Source: Acidimicrobiia bacterium (GTDB lineage Bacteria > Actinomycetota > Acidimicrobiia > Spongiisociales > ZC4RG35). From it: a stretch of 64,000 nucleotides of DNA. Position 1 is the first letter of the stretch; the number at the start of each line of letters is the position of its first letter. The DNA is taken from contig CBDBCY010000004.1 in the NCBI GenBank assembly GCA_965203555.1, forward strand, positions 2,592,001-2,656,000, in the 5' to 3' direction. Below are positions 13,401 through 24,814 of this stretch, one piece after another. A program made the translations under genes and the position numbers. The notes under the pieces were generated by a model. That model saw nothing but the letters and a program-made list of their open reading frames with translations. It searched no databases and was not told where the DNA came from.

Positions 13401-14501
13401 TCCGTCTGTCAGCTTTGCTACGGAATGAGCCTGGCCACCGGGAAGATGGTCGAAGAAGGGGCGGCGGTGGGAATCATGGCCGCTCAGTCCATCGGCGAGC
13501 CCGGAACCCAGCTCACCATGAGGACCTTCCACACCGGGGGTGTGGCCGGATCGGACATCACCCAGGGTCTGCCCCGGGTTCTCGAGCTTTTTGAAGCGAG
13601 AAGTCCCAAGGGCAAGGCTCTTCTGTCACCGATCAGCGGGTCGGTGGAAGTGATCGCCGACGGGGGCCGCCGTATCCGCGTCACCGGCAAGGAAGTCGGC
13701 AGTCCCAGCGAGGTCGAGATACCGCTTTCCCGCCATTCGCGGGTGAGGGTGGACAATTCCAGTTCGGTGTTGGCCGGGGATCCTCTCACCGATGGGCCGC
13801 TCGATCCCAAGGAGGTGTTGATATACCGGGGTGTCAGAGACGCTCAGCAGTACCTGGTCAATGAGGTGCAGAGGGTCTACCAGTCCCAAGGTGTCGAGAT
13901 CCATGACAAACACATCGAATTGGTGGTCCGCCAAATGCTGCGCCGGGTGAGGATCGTCAAGACCAACGATTCGAGTTTTTTGCCCGCTGAACTGGTGGAC
14001 GGACAGGTCTTCCTGGAAGAGAACCAGCAACTGTTGGAGGAAGGTAGGACTCCGGCTACCGGTCGTCCGGAGCTGATGGGTATCACCAAGGCTTCGCTGG
14101 CTACCGAATCCTGGCTGTCGGCCGCCTCGTTCCAGGAGACTGCCCGGGTGCTGACCGATGCGGCCATCTTCGCCAAGTCAGATTACATGAAGGGCCTCAA
14201 GGAGAATGTGATCATCGGCAAACTCGTGCCGGCGGGTACGGGCGCGGTCCAGTACCACGACCACATTCCCGATGTGCTGGGTTACGAACGCCCGACTGCT
14301 TCGGAGGAACTGGAGTTCGGTTCTGCGATGACTCCTTCGGAACTGGGTGGCTCGTTCAATCCGGTTGACGATCTGACCCGCGGACTGGGTGTCAGCGAGG
14401 ATATATTGAGTGCGGTGTTTTCCGGTTCTTCCCCGGACAACGGCGCCCCGGCCAATAGCGGGTTATCCGCCGACGGAGAAGAGTCCGCCAAGCAAGGTTG
14501 A
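10404..14501 (+). CDS. rpoC: RNA polymerase beta' subunit
   Basis: CYCGKY..CEKC zinc site, NADFDGD catalytic motif, [13 protein letters not shown]; actinobacterial coiled-coil insert. Confidence 0.99.
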   Translation: MTMTESKFHAANHRIAFDEVQIGLASSDQIRSWSFGEVKKPETINHRTLKPERDGLFDERIFGPQRDWECYCGKYKRVRYKSLVCEKCNVEVTRSKVRRERMGHIDLAAPVAHIWFFKGVPSRLGYLLDISLRDLEKIIYFAAHVVTSVDRTRLIRDLPELEKDYLEEIGETREAFEEWRGNRLETLEIELARMEEGGAKAAEIRAADKLAQTQIADRQRRMEDECELASEAYETIRRLQVKDLVEYEQLWKAMQYSYGDYFEGGMGAEAIRDLLANMDLDAEMEKLREDMESNSAQRRQRATLRMKVVRPFAEGLNNPTNMVLHTLPVIPPDLRPMVQLDGGRFATSDLNDLYRRVINRNNRLKRLLEYGAPEIIVNNEKRMLQEAVDALFDNGRRGRAVTGQGTRALKSLSDMIKGKAGRFRQNLLGKRVDYSGRSVIVVGPQLQLHQCGLPKEMALELFKPFVMKGLVDTDKAPNIKSAKRMVEQQRDEVWDVLSTAISEHPVLLNRAPTLHRLGIQAFEPVLVEGKAIQIHPLVCEAFNADFDGDQMAVHLPISPEAQAESRILMLSRNNVLSPASGRPIVTPSQDMVIGIYYLTELEPDVTGAGRVFGSVDEAIMAYELGDLNLHAPIKVRLGDLAGSKERHEELEDELAGLIGPDWISGDALAETTVGRVMLNTAFPASFPFVNAPVIKSGIRRLVEVAINRYARSQVVDTLDRLKELGFRYATVAGLTIGLEDVKTPREKKSILRRHARKAAKVQDLYEKGVILDSERRSELIEIWSEATEEVKNEMEKTLKAERFNPLEMMVGSGARGNTMQVRQIAGMRGLVANPRGDIIPSPITSNFREGLSVLEYFISTHGARKGLADTALRTRDAGYLTRKLVDVSQEVLVREKECGSDRGVWFDVVEVVDQGSSGLPEGKTHDELLTPVRHLRSHIFGRILAEPVRIGRKVATTDRGHKLAAGRLIDSDAMGTIVGHATEIRRVKVRSVLTCDTRASVCQLCYGMSLATGKMVEEGAAVGIMAAQSIGEPGTQLTMRTFHTGGVAGSDITQGLPRVLELFEARSPKGKALLSPISGSVEVIADGGRRIRVTGKEVGSPSEVEIPLSRHSRVRVDNSSSVLAGDPLTDGPLDPKEVLIYRGVRDAQQYLVNEVQRVYQSQGVEIHDKHIELVVRQMLRRVRIVKTNDSSFLPAELVDGQVFLEENQQLLEEGRTPATGRPELMGITKASLATESWLSAASFQETARVLTDAAIFAKSDYMKGLKENVIIGKLVPAGTGAVQYHDHIPDVLGYERPTASEELEFGSAMTPSELGGSFNPVDDLTRGLGVSEDILSAVFSGSSPDNGAPANSGLSADGEESAKQG

Positions 14502-14535
14502 AGGCGCCTGCCGGGGGATCAGATTCGGTGAGGAC

Positions 14536-15510
14536 TCACGGTTGGCGGACCCGGCCCGGCCCGCCGACCAATCCGATGGCAATTCCCAATCCGTTGGACA
14601 GTTGCATGATGGCTGCGGCCGCCCATTGTCGCGGCCTGGCGCCGGTGACAATCCCCAGATAGCCCAGCCAGACCGCGGTCGGGAGAGGAAAGAGCCACCA
14701 CCATCCCCGGATGGGTGCCATCACCAGCGAGAGACTCAGGCCCAGTATCAGGCCGATGGGAGCAAGGGGACGGAGACTGGGAAATGCGCGGTTGGCGTAC
14801 AACATCTCCGCCTTGCCCTTGCCGTACAGGTAGAACTGCTTCCACAGTTTGGCCGGCGTTGAACGAGTCCGGTATCGAGAGGAGATGGCGGGATCCAGCA
14901 CCACGCTTCCTCCCTGTTTTCTCAACCGGTAGGCCAGATCGGTGTCCTCGGCCACTCCACTGGGAAACCTTCTGTATCTCAGTTCCAGCAGGCGCTTGCG
15001 TCGGATGGCGCCCAGATAGACGGTATCGGCCGGGCGCCGGACGCGGACCCGCCGATAGGGGGCGGGTCCCACTATCCAGGGGTTGCCCATTGCTGCAGCC
15101 ACTGCCCGGCCAAAAGGAGTTTCCCCCACCGGACACATCGGTCCTCCCACCAGGTCGGCGCCGGTTTGTTCTAGGGCTTCCACGTTCCGGCTGAGGTAGT
15201 CGGACCTGTAAACGGTATGGGCGTCCGCTCGGACGGCGACTTCTCCGGTCGCCGACCGCAGCGCCAGGTTGAGGCTCTCGGTTAGGTCCCTCGGTCCATC
15301 CGGGGAGAGGATCACTGTCAGGTGGGGCAAATTCCCACTCCAAGAGTGCAGCGTGGGTACGGTTCCGTCCGATGAGCCGCCATCCACCGCCACGAGCTCC
15401 CACTCGCCCGGGTAGGTCTGGCGTCGCAGCGATTCCATCACTTCGTCCAATCCTGACTCCTCGTTGAGCAGGGGCATGAGAACGGAGACGCTGGGCCACT
15501 GATTGGTCAC
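14536..15510 (-). CDS. Glycosyltransferase family 2 (ExoA-like)
   Basis: VSVLMP..NE, VDGGSSDGT, RADAH, DTVYLG and AEDTDL..R motifs. Confidence 0.85.
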   Translation of the reverse strand: MTNQWPSVSVLMPLLNEESGLDEVMESLRRQTYPGEWELVAVDGGSSDGTVPTLHSWSGNLPHLTVILSPDGPRDLTESLNLALRSATGEVAVRADAHTVYRSDYLSRNVEALEQTGADLVGGPMCPVGETPFGRAVAAAMGNPWIVGPAPYRRVRVRRPADTVYLGAIRRKRLLELRYRRFPSGVAEDTDLAYRLRKQGGSVVLDPAISSRYRTRSTPAKLWKQFYLYGKGKAEMLYANRAFPSLRPLAPIGLILGLSLSLVMAPIRGWWWLFPLPTAVWLGYLGIVTGARPRQWAAAAIMQLSNGLGIAIGLVGGPGRVRQP

Positions 15511-15586
15511 GGGGTAATTGAACCATAGCCGTATGACGCGTCTCGTTGGCTGGACAACCTGCTCGAAGGCTTAGCATTCGTTTTCT

Positions 15587-16870
15587 ATGCGCAGCAGGTT
15601 CGTTCTGTCGATGGTGGTGATCGATCTGGTCCTATTGGTGGGATCGGTCGGGTTTTCATCGTTGATTCTGTACGGGACTCCTCTGCCCTGGGAGGCCCCG
15701 CAGGTCGGTCCGCAGGTGCTTCCCATGTTGGGATTCGTGCTGCTGGCCGCGGCGGGCGCCTCTACGGTCCTTTTGTCCATGTCGAGACCTGGGGTGCCGC
15801 GTCCCAGCTACGGCAGGGGCATGACGATGGTGGTGATCACCCTGTCCGCCGTGGCGCTCATGGTGTTGGCCACCCGAATATATTTTTCTCGCTCCCTCTT
15901 GCTGGTGACCATGGCGATGTGGGTTGTCGGCGTTGTGGCCCACCGGGTGGTGCGGCGCCGCCGTCCGTGGATCGAGCCGATGGTCGTGTTCTCTTCCGAT
16001 CTGCAGATGGTGGGGGAACTGCAACTGGCGCCGCACGCCGAGGTACGGGCGGTGATAGATCCCTCATCCCATCCCGACCACCGGCCCCTGGATCCGGGGA
16101 TCACCCTGGTGGTGGACATGGCGGCCACCCTTTCCCCCGAAGTGGCGCGGCTGGTGTCCGGGCATGATCTGGCCGGCCGGGTTGTGAAACCGTTGGCTTC
16201 CGTTTACGAGGAGCACACCGAACGGGTCCCGCTACCGCGCCTGGTGGAGGACTGGCAGATGACGACCACTCTGCACCGGGTGCGGAAGTGGTTGTGGGGA
16301 AAGCGGCTGTTCGATCTGGCGGCGGTGATCCTGACGTTGCCCATCTGGGTCGTCGTGGCCGGGGTGGTGGCCCTGGCGGTTAGGATGTCCTCCCCCGGTC
16401 CGGTGCTGTTCCGCCAGGTCAGAGTGGGAAGGGGGGGACGGCCGTTCACCATCTATAAGTTCCGGACCATGCGCAGCGACGCCGAAGCCGACGGTCCCCG
16501 ATTCGCCGAAGTTGACGACCCTCGCCTGGTCCGGGGAGGCGGGTTCTTGCGCCGGTACCGTCTGGATGAGATTCCCCAACTGTGGAACGTGTTGATCGGG
16601 GATATGAGTCTGGTGGGACCCCGCGCCGAACAAGCGCCCTTCGTCGAAGAGTTTTCTCGAGAGATACCTTTTTATTCGCTTCGACATCTCCTGAGACCGG
16701 GCGTAACCGGTTGGGCGCAGATCAACTCTGCTTATGCGGCCGATCTGGAAGGCACGGAGCGAAAACTCACCTACGACCTTTACTACATAAAGCACGTCTC
16801 CCCGATCTTGGACCTGCGTACCCTGTGGTCGTCGATCTGGACCGTCATCACCGGCTCGGGGTCCCGATGA
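15587..16870 (+). CDS. Polyprenyl-phosphate sugar phosphotransferase (WcaJ/WbaP-like)
   Basis: KRLFD, FRQ.RVG, KFRTM, DEIPQLWNV..GDMSLVGPR and RPGVTGWAQ motifs. Confidence 0.9.
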   Translation: MRSRFVLSMVVIDLVLLVGSVGFSSLILYGTPLPWEAPQVGPQVLPMLGFVLLAAAGASTVLLSMSRPGVPRPSYGRGMTMVVITLSAVALMVLATRIYFSRSLLLVTMAMWVVGVVAHRVVRRRRPWIEPMVVFSSDLQMVGELQLAPHAEVRAVIDPSSHPDHRPLDPGITLVVDMAATLSPEVARLVSGHDLAGRVVKPLASVYEEHTERVPLPRLVEDWQMTTTLHRVRKWLWGKRLFDLAAVILTLPIWVVVAGVVALAVRMSSPGPVLFRQVRVGRGGRPFTIYKFRTMRSDAEADGPRFAEVDDPRLVRGGGFLRRYRLDEIPQLWNVLIGDMSLVGPRAEQAPFVEEFSREIPFYSLRHLLRPGVTGWAQINSAYAADLEGTERKLTYDLYYIKHVSPILDLRTLWSSIWTVITGSGSR

Positions 16871-18138
16871 ACGAAAGCCGGCGGCCGACCGGGCGCTCCG
16901 CCGAACGCGGCACCTCCATGATGGTGGTGGGCGCCGTGGCGGGAGGGTTGGCCGCCTACCTGTTCCATGCCATAGGGGGAAGGGGCCTGGGCGCGGACGC
17001 CTACGCTCCCATCGGCGTGATGTGGACCGCGGCTTTCATCACTGTTACGGTGCTTTATCTGCCTCTTGAACAGTGGGTTACCCGGGAAGTCACCGAAAGC
17101 AGGAATCCCATGTTGGGCGGGCGGAGATTGGTCTTGGTAGTGGTGGGGGTGGCGGTAGCGGCCTCCGCCGTTTCAACAGGGTGGGCGCTTCCCTCCCTGA
17201 CCGACCAGGTTGCAACCCATGTATGGCAGATGGTGCTGTTGATTCTCGGATACGGGTGCTTCTGGATCGGGAAAGGAGTGCTCCAGGGCAGGGGAAGATA
17301 CGGCCGCGTGGGTTGGATGCTCTGTACGGAAGGTTTGGTGAGGCTGGTGGTGCTGTGGGTGGTGCTGGTCACCGGAGGAGGGGCGGTGGGGCTTGGATGG
17401 GCGATGGCGGCTGCGCCCTGGGTGGTGTTCGTATTCGGTTTCTGGCGAGGACGGAGTCTGGATCATCCCCCCGCGGCCGGCCGGGTCTTCATGCAGCAAT
17501 ATGTGTTGGGGGCGGCGGCTGCCCATCTCCTGGTGGCGGCTGCCCCGCTGGCTGTCACCTATATGGGGGGCGCCGCCGCCCAGGTGAGCATGGTCTTTAT
17601 TGTTTTCGTTCTGTTCAGAGCCCCGCTCACTCTGATGTACAGCCTGCAGGGCCGGGTCCTCCCTCCATTGGTGCGAATGGTCGGCCGGGGTGAGGGTGAA
17701 TCGCTGCGCAGGCTGGGAGGAAGATTGTGGACGGGATCCGTGGGACTGGCGTTGCTGGCCGCTTTGCTGGGGTATCTGGTGGGACCGGAGGCGGTGGGAT
17801 TGTTGATGGGCTCGGACTTTGCTCCTCCGGCGGTGATGACCGCCCTGGTGGCAGGGGGGACCGTCATGGCGGCCGGTGTCCAACTCATGGCCCAAATCCT
17901 GGTGGCGGGATCGAGGACCGGCCGCCTGGCTACCGCCTGGGTGGTGGGATTGGCAGCCGCCGTCTTCGTCGTTTGGTTGAGCCCTTCAGGACCGGTGATG
18001 GCCGTGGCCACCGGGTTCTGTACAGGCGAAGCCATCGCTCTGATCGTGGTGGGGAGGATGGCCCTGTCCCGTTCGACTCTTCGCTTGTCCGGTTCTACTG
18101 TTCCCAGCGGCGATGATCGGAGCGTAGATAGGGGCTGA
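16867..18138 (+). CDS. Polysaccharide flippase-like membrane protein
   Basis: About 12 hydrophobic segments, RGLG...Y motif, ATGA overlap with the sugar transferase. Confidence 0.65.
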   Translation: MNESRRPTGRSAERGTSMMVVGAVAGGLAAYLFHAIGGRGLGADAYAPIGVMWTAAFITVTVLYLPLEQWVTREVTESRNPMLGGRRLVLVVVGVAVAASAVSTGWALPSLTDQVATHVWQMVLLILGYGCFWIGKGVLQGRGRYGRVGWMLCTEGLVRLVVLWVVLVTGGGAVGLGWAMAAAPWVVFVFGFWRGRSLDHPPAAGRVFMQQYVLGAAAAHLLVAAAPLAVTYMGGAAAQVSMVFIVFVLFRAPLTLMYSLQGRVLPPLVRMVGRGEGESLRRLGGRLWTGSVGLALLAALLGYLVGPEAVGLLMGSDFAPPAVMTALVAGGTVMAAGVQLMAQILVAGSRTGRLATAWVVGLAAAVFVVWLSPSGPVMAVATGFCTGEAIALIVVGRMALSRSTLRLSGSTVPSGDDRSVDRG

Positions 18139-18475
18139 GCTGTGTGACCATGGACGAAGGCAGCAGGGGCACCCGCGACGGTATGCGGATGAGGTCTCCC
18201 CTCACCTCAACCAGACCGGCCGACAGCAGGACTCGCAGATAGAAGGGCTCCTGCACGGGTTTGTGCCGCAGTCCGGCCACGAATAGTTCCAGCAAGTCTC
18301 TGATCGCTCCCTTTCCTATCGCAGCCGCCCAGAAGCGGCGGACGTATTCGTGCCCTGGAGAGAACCCCTCCAAAGGGGGATGGAAGAGGTCGACTGAAAA
18401 GGAACGGGTGCGTGGAAAGCGGTTGACCGGCCGGTCGACCACCGGGGTTATACGGGGTACGGTTGTCACTGTCAT
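18095..18475 (-). CDS. Hypothetical protein
   Basis: ATG-started ORF with YVRRFWAAAIG motif and an AT-rich upstream region. Confidence 0.5.
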   Translation of the reverse strand: MTVTTVPRITPVVDRPVNRFPRTRSFSVDLFHPPLEGFSPGHEYVRRFWAAAIGKGAIRDLLELFVAGLRHKPVQEPFYLRVLLSAGLVEVRGDLIRIPSRVPLLPSSMVTQLSPYLRSDHRRWEQ

Positions 18476-18579
18476 GTGTTATATGATGCTCTTAAACGAT
18501 ATTCGATAGACGACATGGCGAACAGATTATTTCGCGTTGTACAAGAAAAAACCGCGAGGCGCGGGCGCAGTGCGATCGT

Positions 18580-21381
18580 TCAGCCTGAATCGGAGGTTTC
18601 GGGTTCAGGCGGCGGTTGCTCACCGTTGGAGAGAGTGATGATTACCTCGGCGCCGGTGGATATCTCGGCGCCGGGTGGGGGCTCGGTTCCGATCACTTGC
18701 TCGGCTTCCAACTCGGGATGTGGTGCATAGGTGACATTGGGGACCAAAGAGATGCCGGTCTCTTCCTGGAGTCGTTGAATATCCGCCAAGACTTCGGCGA
18801 TGGTGAGTCCGGTCCAGTCGGGGAGAGCGACGCTGCTGGGAGCTTCGCCGCTGGAAAGGGTTATGGTCACCTGGTCACCGGAAGTTATCTCGGCGCCGGG
18901 CTGGGGTTGGGTGCCGATTACCTGGTCGGACGCCAGTTCCGAGTGGGGGGCGTAGGTGATGTCCAGGATGATCAGCAGGTCGCTTTCCTGTTCCAGCCGC
19001 CGAACGTCATCGAGGACCTCCGTGATCGTCAGTCCCGTCCAGTCGGGCAAGGGTGCGGTTGGAGGTGTTCCGGTGGACACCTTCAGGGTCACGGGGTCGG
19101 CATGGAGGGCGGTAGCGCCGGGCAGAGGCTGCTGGGTGAGGACTTCTCCGGTGGGCGCCGAGGAGGCGACGTCGACGATCTCCCAGTTGAGGCGTGATCC
19201 GACCAGTGCGGTCTGGGCCGACCTCAGGTCGAGCCCGACCACCTGCGGCACCGATGTGGACGGTCGCAGCTGGTAACGAGCCAAGCCGGGAGGATCGGGC
19301 GGGAACCCGGTCACCTCTACGTCTTGAAGCATGACGTCCATGAATTCCGCCCAGATCGGGGCGGGAACCGAGCCTCCGTACACTCGCCTGTGGCTCTCGC
19401 CTCCGATCACCACGTTCTCGAGAGGTATTTGATTGTGCTCGTAGCCGACCCACACCGCGGTGGTGTGGGTCGGGACGAACCCCACATACCAGGCATCCCG
19501 GAATCCCTGATGGGTACCCGTCTTTCCTCCCTGCGGACGCCCGATTCCCGCCCGGGCCGCCGTCCCCTCCGGAGTCGGAACCTTGGCGAGCGGTATGCGT
19601 GCGGCGGCGAAAGCAGCCGGATCCCCGTTGCTCTGGTACTCCACCTCGTGCTCATACAGGATGCGGTTGTCCGGCGAGACCACCCGGGAAATAATGTAGG
19701 GTGCCGCCCACAATCCGTTGGTGGCGAAATTGGAGTAGGCCGAGGCCATCTCCAACGGGCTGACCGCTCCGGTGCCCAACACGATGGACAGCACAGTCGG
19801 GAGTTCGGACTGTATCCCCAACCGGTGGGCAACTTCCGCCACCTTGGCCGGTCCGATCATGTCAGAGAGTTGGGCGTAGACGGTGTTGATGGAAGCACTG
19901 GTGGCGTCGGCCAGGGTGAGGACCCCATAGTCTCGGGTTCCCACGTTGCGAACCGTCCATATGTCGGAGTCTTCCACACAGACCGTGGGGCACTGGATTT
20001 CCACCGTCGGCGGAGCGGGTATGGCAGTCCCCAGGGAGATGTTGCGTTCCAGGGCGCCGAGCAGGGCGAAGGGTTTCATGCTGGAACCCGGATTGCGCCG
20101 GCCCTGGATGGCCAGGTCGAACTGAATGAAGTCAAAGGGCAGACCGGAGGCCATCACCTTGACCGCCCCGGTGTAGTTGTCCACCGTCACGATCGATCCG
20201 GTGGGGGAGCAGGAGTGCTCGGTGGCGTAGGTCTCCAGGTAGGACAGGGGATCGGAGGGGAACAAAGCTTGACACAGCACGACGTTCTGTTGATATTCGG
20301 GGAGAGGCATCCAATGCTCCAGGACCCGGTAGGCCTCCCTTTGCAGGGCCAGATCCACGGTCGTCTCGATGCGAAGTCCCCCGCCTCCCTGACACTCGGG
20401 GTTGTCGGCGGCGCAACCGAAGATAGCCTTTTTTCGCTGTTCGGGCGTGTCTCCCAGGAAGGAAAAGCGGGGATGGTAGAGGAGTTGGCGGTTCACCTCC
20501 GCCACCACATGATCGGCCTCTCCCCGGAATGGGATGTGTTCCGCGATCTGCAGGGGAGAATTCTTCGCCTCCTCGGCTTCTTCGGGGTCGATCCACTCGT
20601 TTTGCGCCATCTGGTCGATAATCAGGTTGCGACGGTCTTCAACCCGGTCGGGGCGCGCCCGAGGGTTGTAGAAGGTGGGATTTCGAATCAGCACCGCCAG
20701 CGTGGCCGCCTCCTCGAGGGTGATCTTCTCCAGAGGCTTGGCGAAGAACTCCCGGGCGGCGGCGCTCACTCCGTATGCCCCCGATCCGAAGTAGACCGAG
20801 TTGAGGTAGAACTCCAAGATCTGGTCTTTTTCGTAGGTTCTCTCCAGGTCGGTGGAGACGAAGGCTTCCCGGATTTTGCGTTCGATGGTTATCTCGTCTC
20901 CCACAAAGTGGTTCTTCGCCACCTGCTGGGTGATGGTGGAGCCCCCCAGGTTGGTTTGGTACAGAAAGTTGTAAACAGCCGTCCGGGCGATGGCGGTGAA
21001 GTCGACGCCGTCGTGCTCATAGAAGTCGTCGTCCTCGGCCGCCAGGACGGCATAGATCACTATCTGGGGGATTTGTGCTATGGGTACGGGTTCCGACACT
21101 CGACCGTCGTGCAACTCGGCCAGCAGTTCCCCGTCGGCGGCATACACCCGGGAGACCCTGGAAAGGTCGGGTAGGGTCAGATCTATCTTGGAGACATCGG
21201 GATCGAGCCTTTCCCGGACCTCCTCGAACAGCCCGAATACGGCCGTCACGCCCAGGAATGCAAAGAGCACTCCCCACCCGGCGGTGATGACCATGATCGC
21301 CAGCAGGCCGGCCAGCGACGGCATCCAGCGGTCCCTTCGGTCCTGGGACTCGGCGCGGTGGAATGGTGAGGGGCGCAACAT
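18580..21381 (-). CDS. Class A penicillin-binding protein with three PASTA domains
   Basis: [17 protein letters not shown] and RK..E transglycosylase motifs; SSMK, SIN and KTGT transpeptidase motifs; C-terminal PASTA repeats. Confidence 0.92.
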   Translation of the reverse strand: MLRPSPFHRAESQDRRDRWMPSLAGLLAIMVITAGWGVLFAFLGVTAVFGLFEEVRERLDPDVSKIDLTLPDLSRVSRVYAADGELLAELHDGRVSEPVPIAQIPQIVIYAVLAAEDDDFYEHDGVDFTAIARTAVYNFLYQTNLGGSTITQQVAKNHFVGDEITIERKIREAFVSTDLERTYEKDQILEFYLNSVYFGSGAYGVSAAAREFFAKPLEKITLEEAATLAVLIRNPTFYNPRARPDRVEDRRNLIIDQMAQNEWIDPEEAEEAKNSPLQIAEHIPFRGEADHVVAEVNRQLLYHPRFSFLGDTPEQRKKAIFGCAADNPECQGGGGLRIETTVDLALQREAYRVLEHWMPLPEYQQNVVLCQALFPSDPLSYLETYATEHSCSPTGSIVTVDNYTGAVKVMASGLPFDFIQFDLAIQGRRNPGSSMKPFALLGALERNISLGTAIPAPPTVEIQCPTVCVEDSDIWTVRNVGTRDYGVLTLADATSASINTVYAQLSDMIGPAKVAEVAHRLGIQSELPTVLSIVLGTGAVSPLEMASAYSNFATNGLWAAPYIISRVVSPDNRILYEHEVEYQSNGDPAAFAAARIPLAKVPTPEGTAARAGIGRPQGGKTGTHQGFRDAWYVGFVPTHTTAVWVGYEHNQIPLENVVIGGESHRRVYGGSVPAPIWAEFMDVMLQDVEVTGFPPDPPGLARYQLRPSTSVPQVVGLDLRSAQTALVGSRLNWEIVDVASSAPTGEVLTQQPLPGATALHADPVTLKVSTGTPPTAPLPDWTGLTITEVLDDVRRLEQESDLLIILDITYAPHSELASDQVIGTQPQPGAEITSGDQVTITLSSGEAPSSVALPDWTGLTIAEVLADIQRLQEETGISLVPNVTYAPHPELEAEQVIGTEPPPGAEISTGAEVIITLSNGEQPPPEPETSDSG

Positions 21382-21439
21382 AGGTAAAACAGTGGGGAAT
21401 GGGTACGATTCCCCTTACAACCGCGAGCATATAGGGTTT

Positions 21440-22996
21440 ATGGACAAAACCGTCACCACCCCCGGCGGAATAGTCACCGAAGAGGTCTACACCGATCCGG
21501 TGGACGTTGCACGACTGGGCTTGCCCGGGGAATACCCCTTCACCCGCGGGCCTTATCCCTCCATGTATCGACGCCGTCACTGGACCATGCGGCAATACGC
21601 GGGGTTCGGCACCGCCGAGACCTCCAATCAAAGATTCCACGCGCTGTTGGCGGCAGGACAGACCGGGCTGTCCGTGGCTTTCGATCTGCCCACCCAGATG
21701 GGCCTGGATTCCGATCACCCGCTGGCCCGGGGCGAAGTAGGTCGAGTGGGAGTCGCCATCGACACGCTGGATGACATGAAGCGGCTGTTGCGGGGCATCC
21801 CCCTGGAGAAGGTGTCCACCTCCATGACTATCAACTCGACCGCTCCCATCCTGCTCCTGTTCTATGAGTTGGTAGCCGAATCACAGGGAGTGGCCCCCCG
21901 GTCTCTGCGGGGGACCGTGCAGAATGACATGCTGAAGGAGTACATAGCCCGGGGCACCTATATCTATCCCCCGGGCCCCTCAATGAGGCTGGTCACCGAT
22001 CTGATTGCCTACGCCGCGGATCGTCTCCCTCATTGGAACCCCATCTCCGTCTCCGGATACCACATCCGGGAAGCGGGGGCGACGGCTGCCGAAGAACTCG
22101 CTTTTACCATCGCCAACGGCGCCGCCTACGTCCGGGCGGCGATGGACGCAGGGTTGGCGGTGGACGACTTCGCTCCCCGCATCTCGTTCTTTTGGAACAG
22201 CCACAGTCATCTTTTCGAGGAGGCGGCCAAGTTCCGGGCGGCGCGCCGGATCTGGGCCCGAGTGATGAAGGAGGTTTTCGGCGCTCGGGCGCCGGCGTCC
22301 CAGCGTATGCGCTTTCACGCCCAGACCGCCGGAAGCAGTCTTACTGCCCTGCAACCGGAGAACAACATCGTCCGCACCACCGTCCAGGCGCTGGCGGCGG
22401 TGCTGGGAGGCACGCAGTCCCTGCACACCAACGGCTTCGACGAGGCTCTGAGCCTGCCCACCCGGCATTCCGCCACCCTGGCTCTGCGTACTCAGCAGAT
22501 CCTTGCTTTCGAATCCGGAACCACCGACACGGTTGATCCTTTGGCCGGCTCCTTCTACGTGGAGGCTTTGACCGAGGCCTTGGAAGATGAAGCCACTCTG
22601 TTGTTGGAAGAGATCGAGGGTATGGGCGGCGCCGTCAAGGCTGTGGGGTGGATGCAGTCCCGGATCGAGGAGTCGGCATACCGGGCTGCCCGGGGTATCG
22701 AGGAGGGTTCGATTAAAGTGGTGGGCGTGAACAAGTTCAAAGACGAAGAATCCGCGGAACCCTCCATCAGCAGGGCCGATCCACAACTGGAGGTCTCTCA
22801 ACTGCGGCGACTTGCGGACCATCGCGCCGGCCGCGACCAGCGGGCGGTGGGGGGCGCACTGCGTACCTTGAAACGGGAGGCGGGCGGGGATGCGAATCTG
22901 CTGCATCCCATGAGGGGCGCCTTGGCGGCGGGTGCCACCCTGGGGGAGGTTTCCGGTGTCCTGCGTAGTGTTTTCGGCGCGCACCGGCTGAACTGA
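21440..22996 (+). CDS. Methylmalonyl-CoA mutase substrate-binding subunit (no B12-binding domain)
   Basis: [38 protein letters not shown] and QSLHTN motifs; no DxHxxG. Confidence 0.9.
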   Translation: MDKTVTTPGGIVTEEVYTDPVDVARLGLPGEYPFTRGPYPSMYRRRHWTMRQYAGFGTAETSNQRFHALLAAGQTGLSVAFDLPTQMGLDSDHPLARGEVGRVGVAIDTLDDMKRLLRGIPLEKVSTSMTINSTAPILLLFYELVAESQGVAPRSLRGTVQNDMLKEYIARGTYIYPPGPSMRLVTDLIAYAADRLPHWNPISVSGYHIREAGATAAEELAFTIANGAAYVRAAMDAGLAVDDFAPRISFFWNSHSHLFEEAAKFRAARRIWARVMKEVFGARAPASQRMRFHAQTAGSSLTALQPENNIVRTTVQALAAVLGGTQSLHTNGFDEALSLPTRHSATLALRTQQILAFESGTTDTVDPLAGSFYVEALTEALEDEATLLLEEIEGMGGAVKAVGWMQSRIEESAYRAARGIEEGSIKVVGVNKFKDEESAEPSISRADPQLEVSQLRRLADHRAGRDQRAVGGALRTLKREAGGDANLLHPMRGALAAGATLGEVSGVLRSVFGAHRLN

Positions 22997-24369
22997 TGAA
23001 CCGATTCCTGAGTTCTGCCGGTCCCACTTTCGTGATCGTGGGAGGCGGTCCCGGGGGCGTGATGGCCGCCACCACGGCGGCTTCTTTGGGCGCCCGGGTG
23101 ATCCTGGTGGAGGATTCAGTGGTGGGAGGGGGCGCTCACCTGTGGGATTGCATACCCTCCAAGACCATGGCGGCGACGGCCGCCACCAAGGATCTGGTCG
23201 ACCGGGCTGAGCGCCTGGGATTGGTGGGCGCCTCTGCAGACGTGGACCAGAAGCGGCTCTCGGAACGGATCAAGAACATCTGGAGTGACATCAATATTGG
23301 ATTCTTGGAGTTGCTGCTCTCCCAGGATGTCCGCATCATCAGAGGCCGGGGACGTTTGATCGGTTCGGATCGGGTGGCGGTCAATACCGCAGAGGGAACC
23401 ATGGAGTTTGGGTTCGACTTCTGCGTCGTCTCCACCGGCTCAGCACCCCGGGTTCCCGATTGGGCGCCGGTGGACGGAAAGCGAGTGCTGACCACTCGTC
23501 ACGCATACGACATGAAGGAAGCGCCCGAACACCTGGTGATAGTGGGTTCAGGCGTCACGGGCGTGGAATTCACCCACATCTTCAAGTCTTTGGGCAGCGA
23601 AATAACTTTGATCGTCAGTCAGCAGCAGATACTTCCCCATCGTGATCCGGAAGTGGCGTCGGTGCTGCAGAACGACTTTCTCAAAAGAGGGGTGAAGCTG
23701 GTCATCGGCGCTTACGCCAGTGGCATAGAAGTCACCGACGACGGAGTGTTGGTGGAGTGCGACGACGGGCGGCGGGTGCTGGGCAGTCATGTGTTGCTGG
23801 CGGTGGGTTCTTATCCTCTCACCCGGGGGATCGGCCTGGAGGAAGTGGGGATAGAACTCAGCCGCAGCGGGCACATACGGGTGGATTCCTTCCAGCGCAC
23901 CAGTCTTGCCAATGTGTACGCCGCCGGGGACTGCACGGGCCGGATGCCCCTTTCCTCCGTTGCCTCTCTGCAGGGCCGCAAGATTGCGCTCCACGCCCTG
24001 GGATACCCGGTTACTCCCCTTGATTATTCGAATGTGGCGGCTGCAGTGTTCACCTCCCCCGAGATCGCCTCGGTGGGGCTGGAGGACGTGACCGCCGCCG
24101 CCAAGGGCCGCAAGGTCCGCACCACCAAGGTGCCCTTTGCCGCCAATCCTCGCAGTGTCCTGGAGGGAAAGGAAGAGGGATTCGTCAAGGTCATCTCCGA
24201 TCCGGCGACCCGGGTGGTGCTGGGGGGAACCATCGTCGGCCACCGGGCCTCCGATTTGATCGGCATCATTGCTTTGGCAGTTCAGGCGGACGTCACCACC
24301 GACAACCTGTTGGAAGCCCTGATGGTGCATCCCTCACTGTCGGAGAGCATCAGCGAAGCCGCCGAGTAG
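22996..24369 (+). CDS. lpdA: LpdA-like NAD(P)H:quinone flavoprotein reductase
   Basis: GGGPGG, LWDCIPSK (single Cys), GSGVTG.E and YAAGDCTG motifs. Confidence 0.8.
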   Translation: MNRFLSSAGPTFVIVGGGPGGVMAATTAASLGARVILVEDSVVGGGAHLWDCIPSKTMAATAATKDLVDRAERLGLVGASADVDQKRLSERIKNIWSDINIGFLELLLSQDVRIIRGRGRLIGSDRVAVNTAEGTMEFGFDFCVVSTGSAPRVPDWAPVDGKRVLTTRHAYDMKEAPEHLVIVGSGVTGVEFTHIFKSLGSEITLIVSQQQILPHRDPEVASVLQNDFLKRGVKLVIGAYASGIEVTDDGVLVECDDGRRVLGSHVLLAVGSYPLTRGIGLEEVGIELSRSGHIRVDSFQRTSLANVYAAGDCTGRMPLSSVASLQGRKIALHALGYPVTPLDYSNVAAAVFTSPEIASVGLEDVTAAAKGRKVRTTKVPFAANPRSVLEGKEEGFVKVISDPATRVVLGGTIVGHRASDLIGIIALAVQADVTTDNLLEALMVHPSLSESISEAAE

Positions 24370-24814
24370 GCCACTGTCCGCGGCCAGTGAAGGGGGCGCG
24401 GAACCGGCGGAATGGGAAAAAACGATGACTGCCGCGGTTGCAATTGTCGCAGGGCCCGCCCCATATTGGTATGACCGTATCACCTCCGGGTCTGATCAGA
24501 CGTCGCTCGGACCACTGGAAGGGATCATATCCGGAAACCGAATCCGCGGCCACAGTGGCTGATTCGCGTTCCCGTACCGGCAGGGTGGTAGGTGGGGGAG
24601 GGGCCCCGGAGGACGAAGTGTCGGGACGCATTTTCGCGAGATAGTGATTGCGAGGATGGTTTTCCTCCGAGGACGACCACATGAAAGGGGACGATGAGCG
24701 TTGGCCGACCGGCTTGATTGGGGATCTGCTGCGGCTATCGGGAAGCGTCGAGCGGTATTCGCTCCTGCGTTCATCTTGCGCATGGGTCTTCCATCAGGGG
24801 TAGAGTTGCAGCCC

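Noticed and set aside
18480-18540. Possible LexA or PafBC promoter motif
   Set aside because: Spacing fits neither CGAAC-N4-GTTCG nor TGTCGG-N10-TA-N3-T
21440-22996. Mutase lacking a B12-binding domain as a truncated gene
   Set aside because: Split two-subunit acyl-CoA mutases are well known; the small subunit is probably encoded elsewhere
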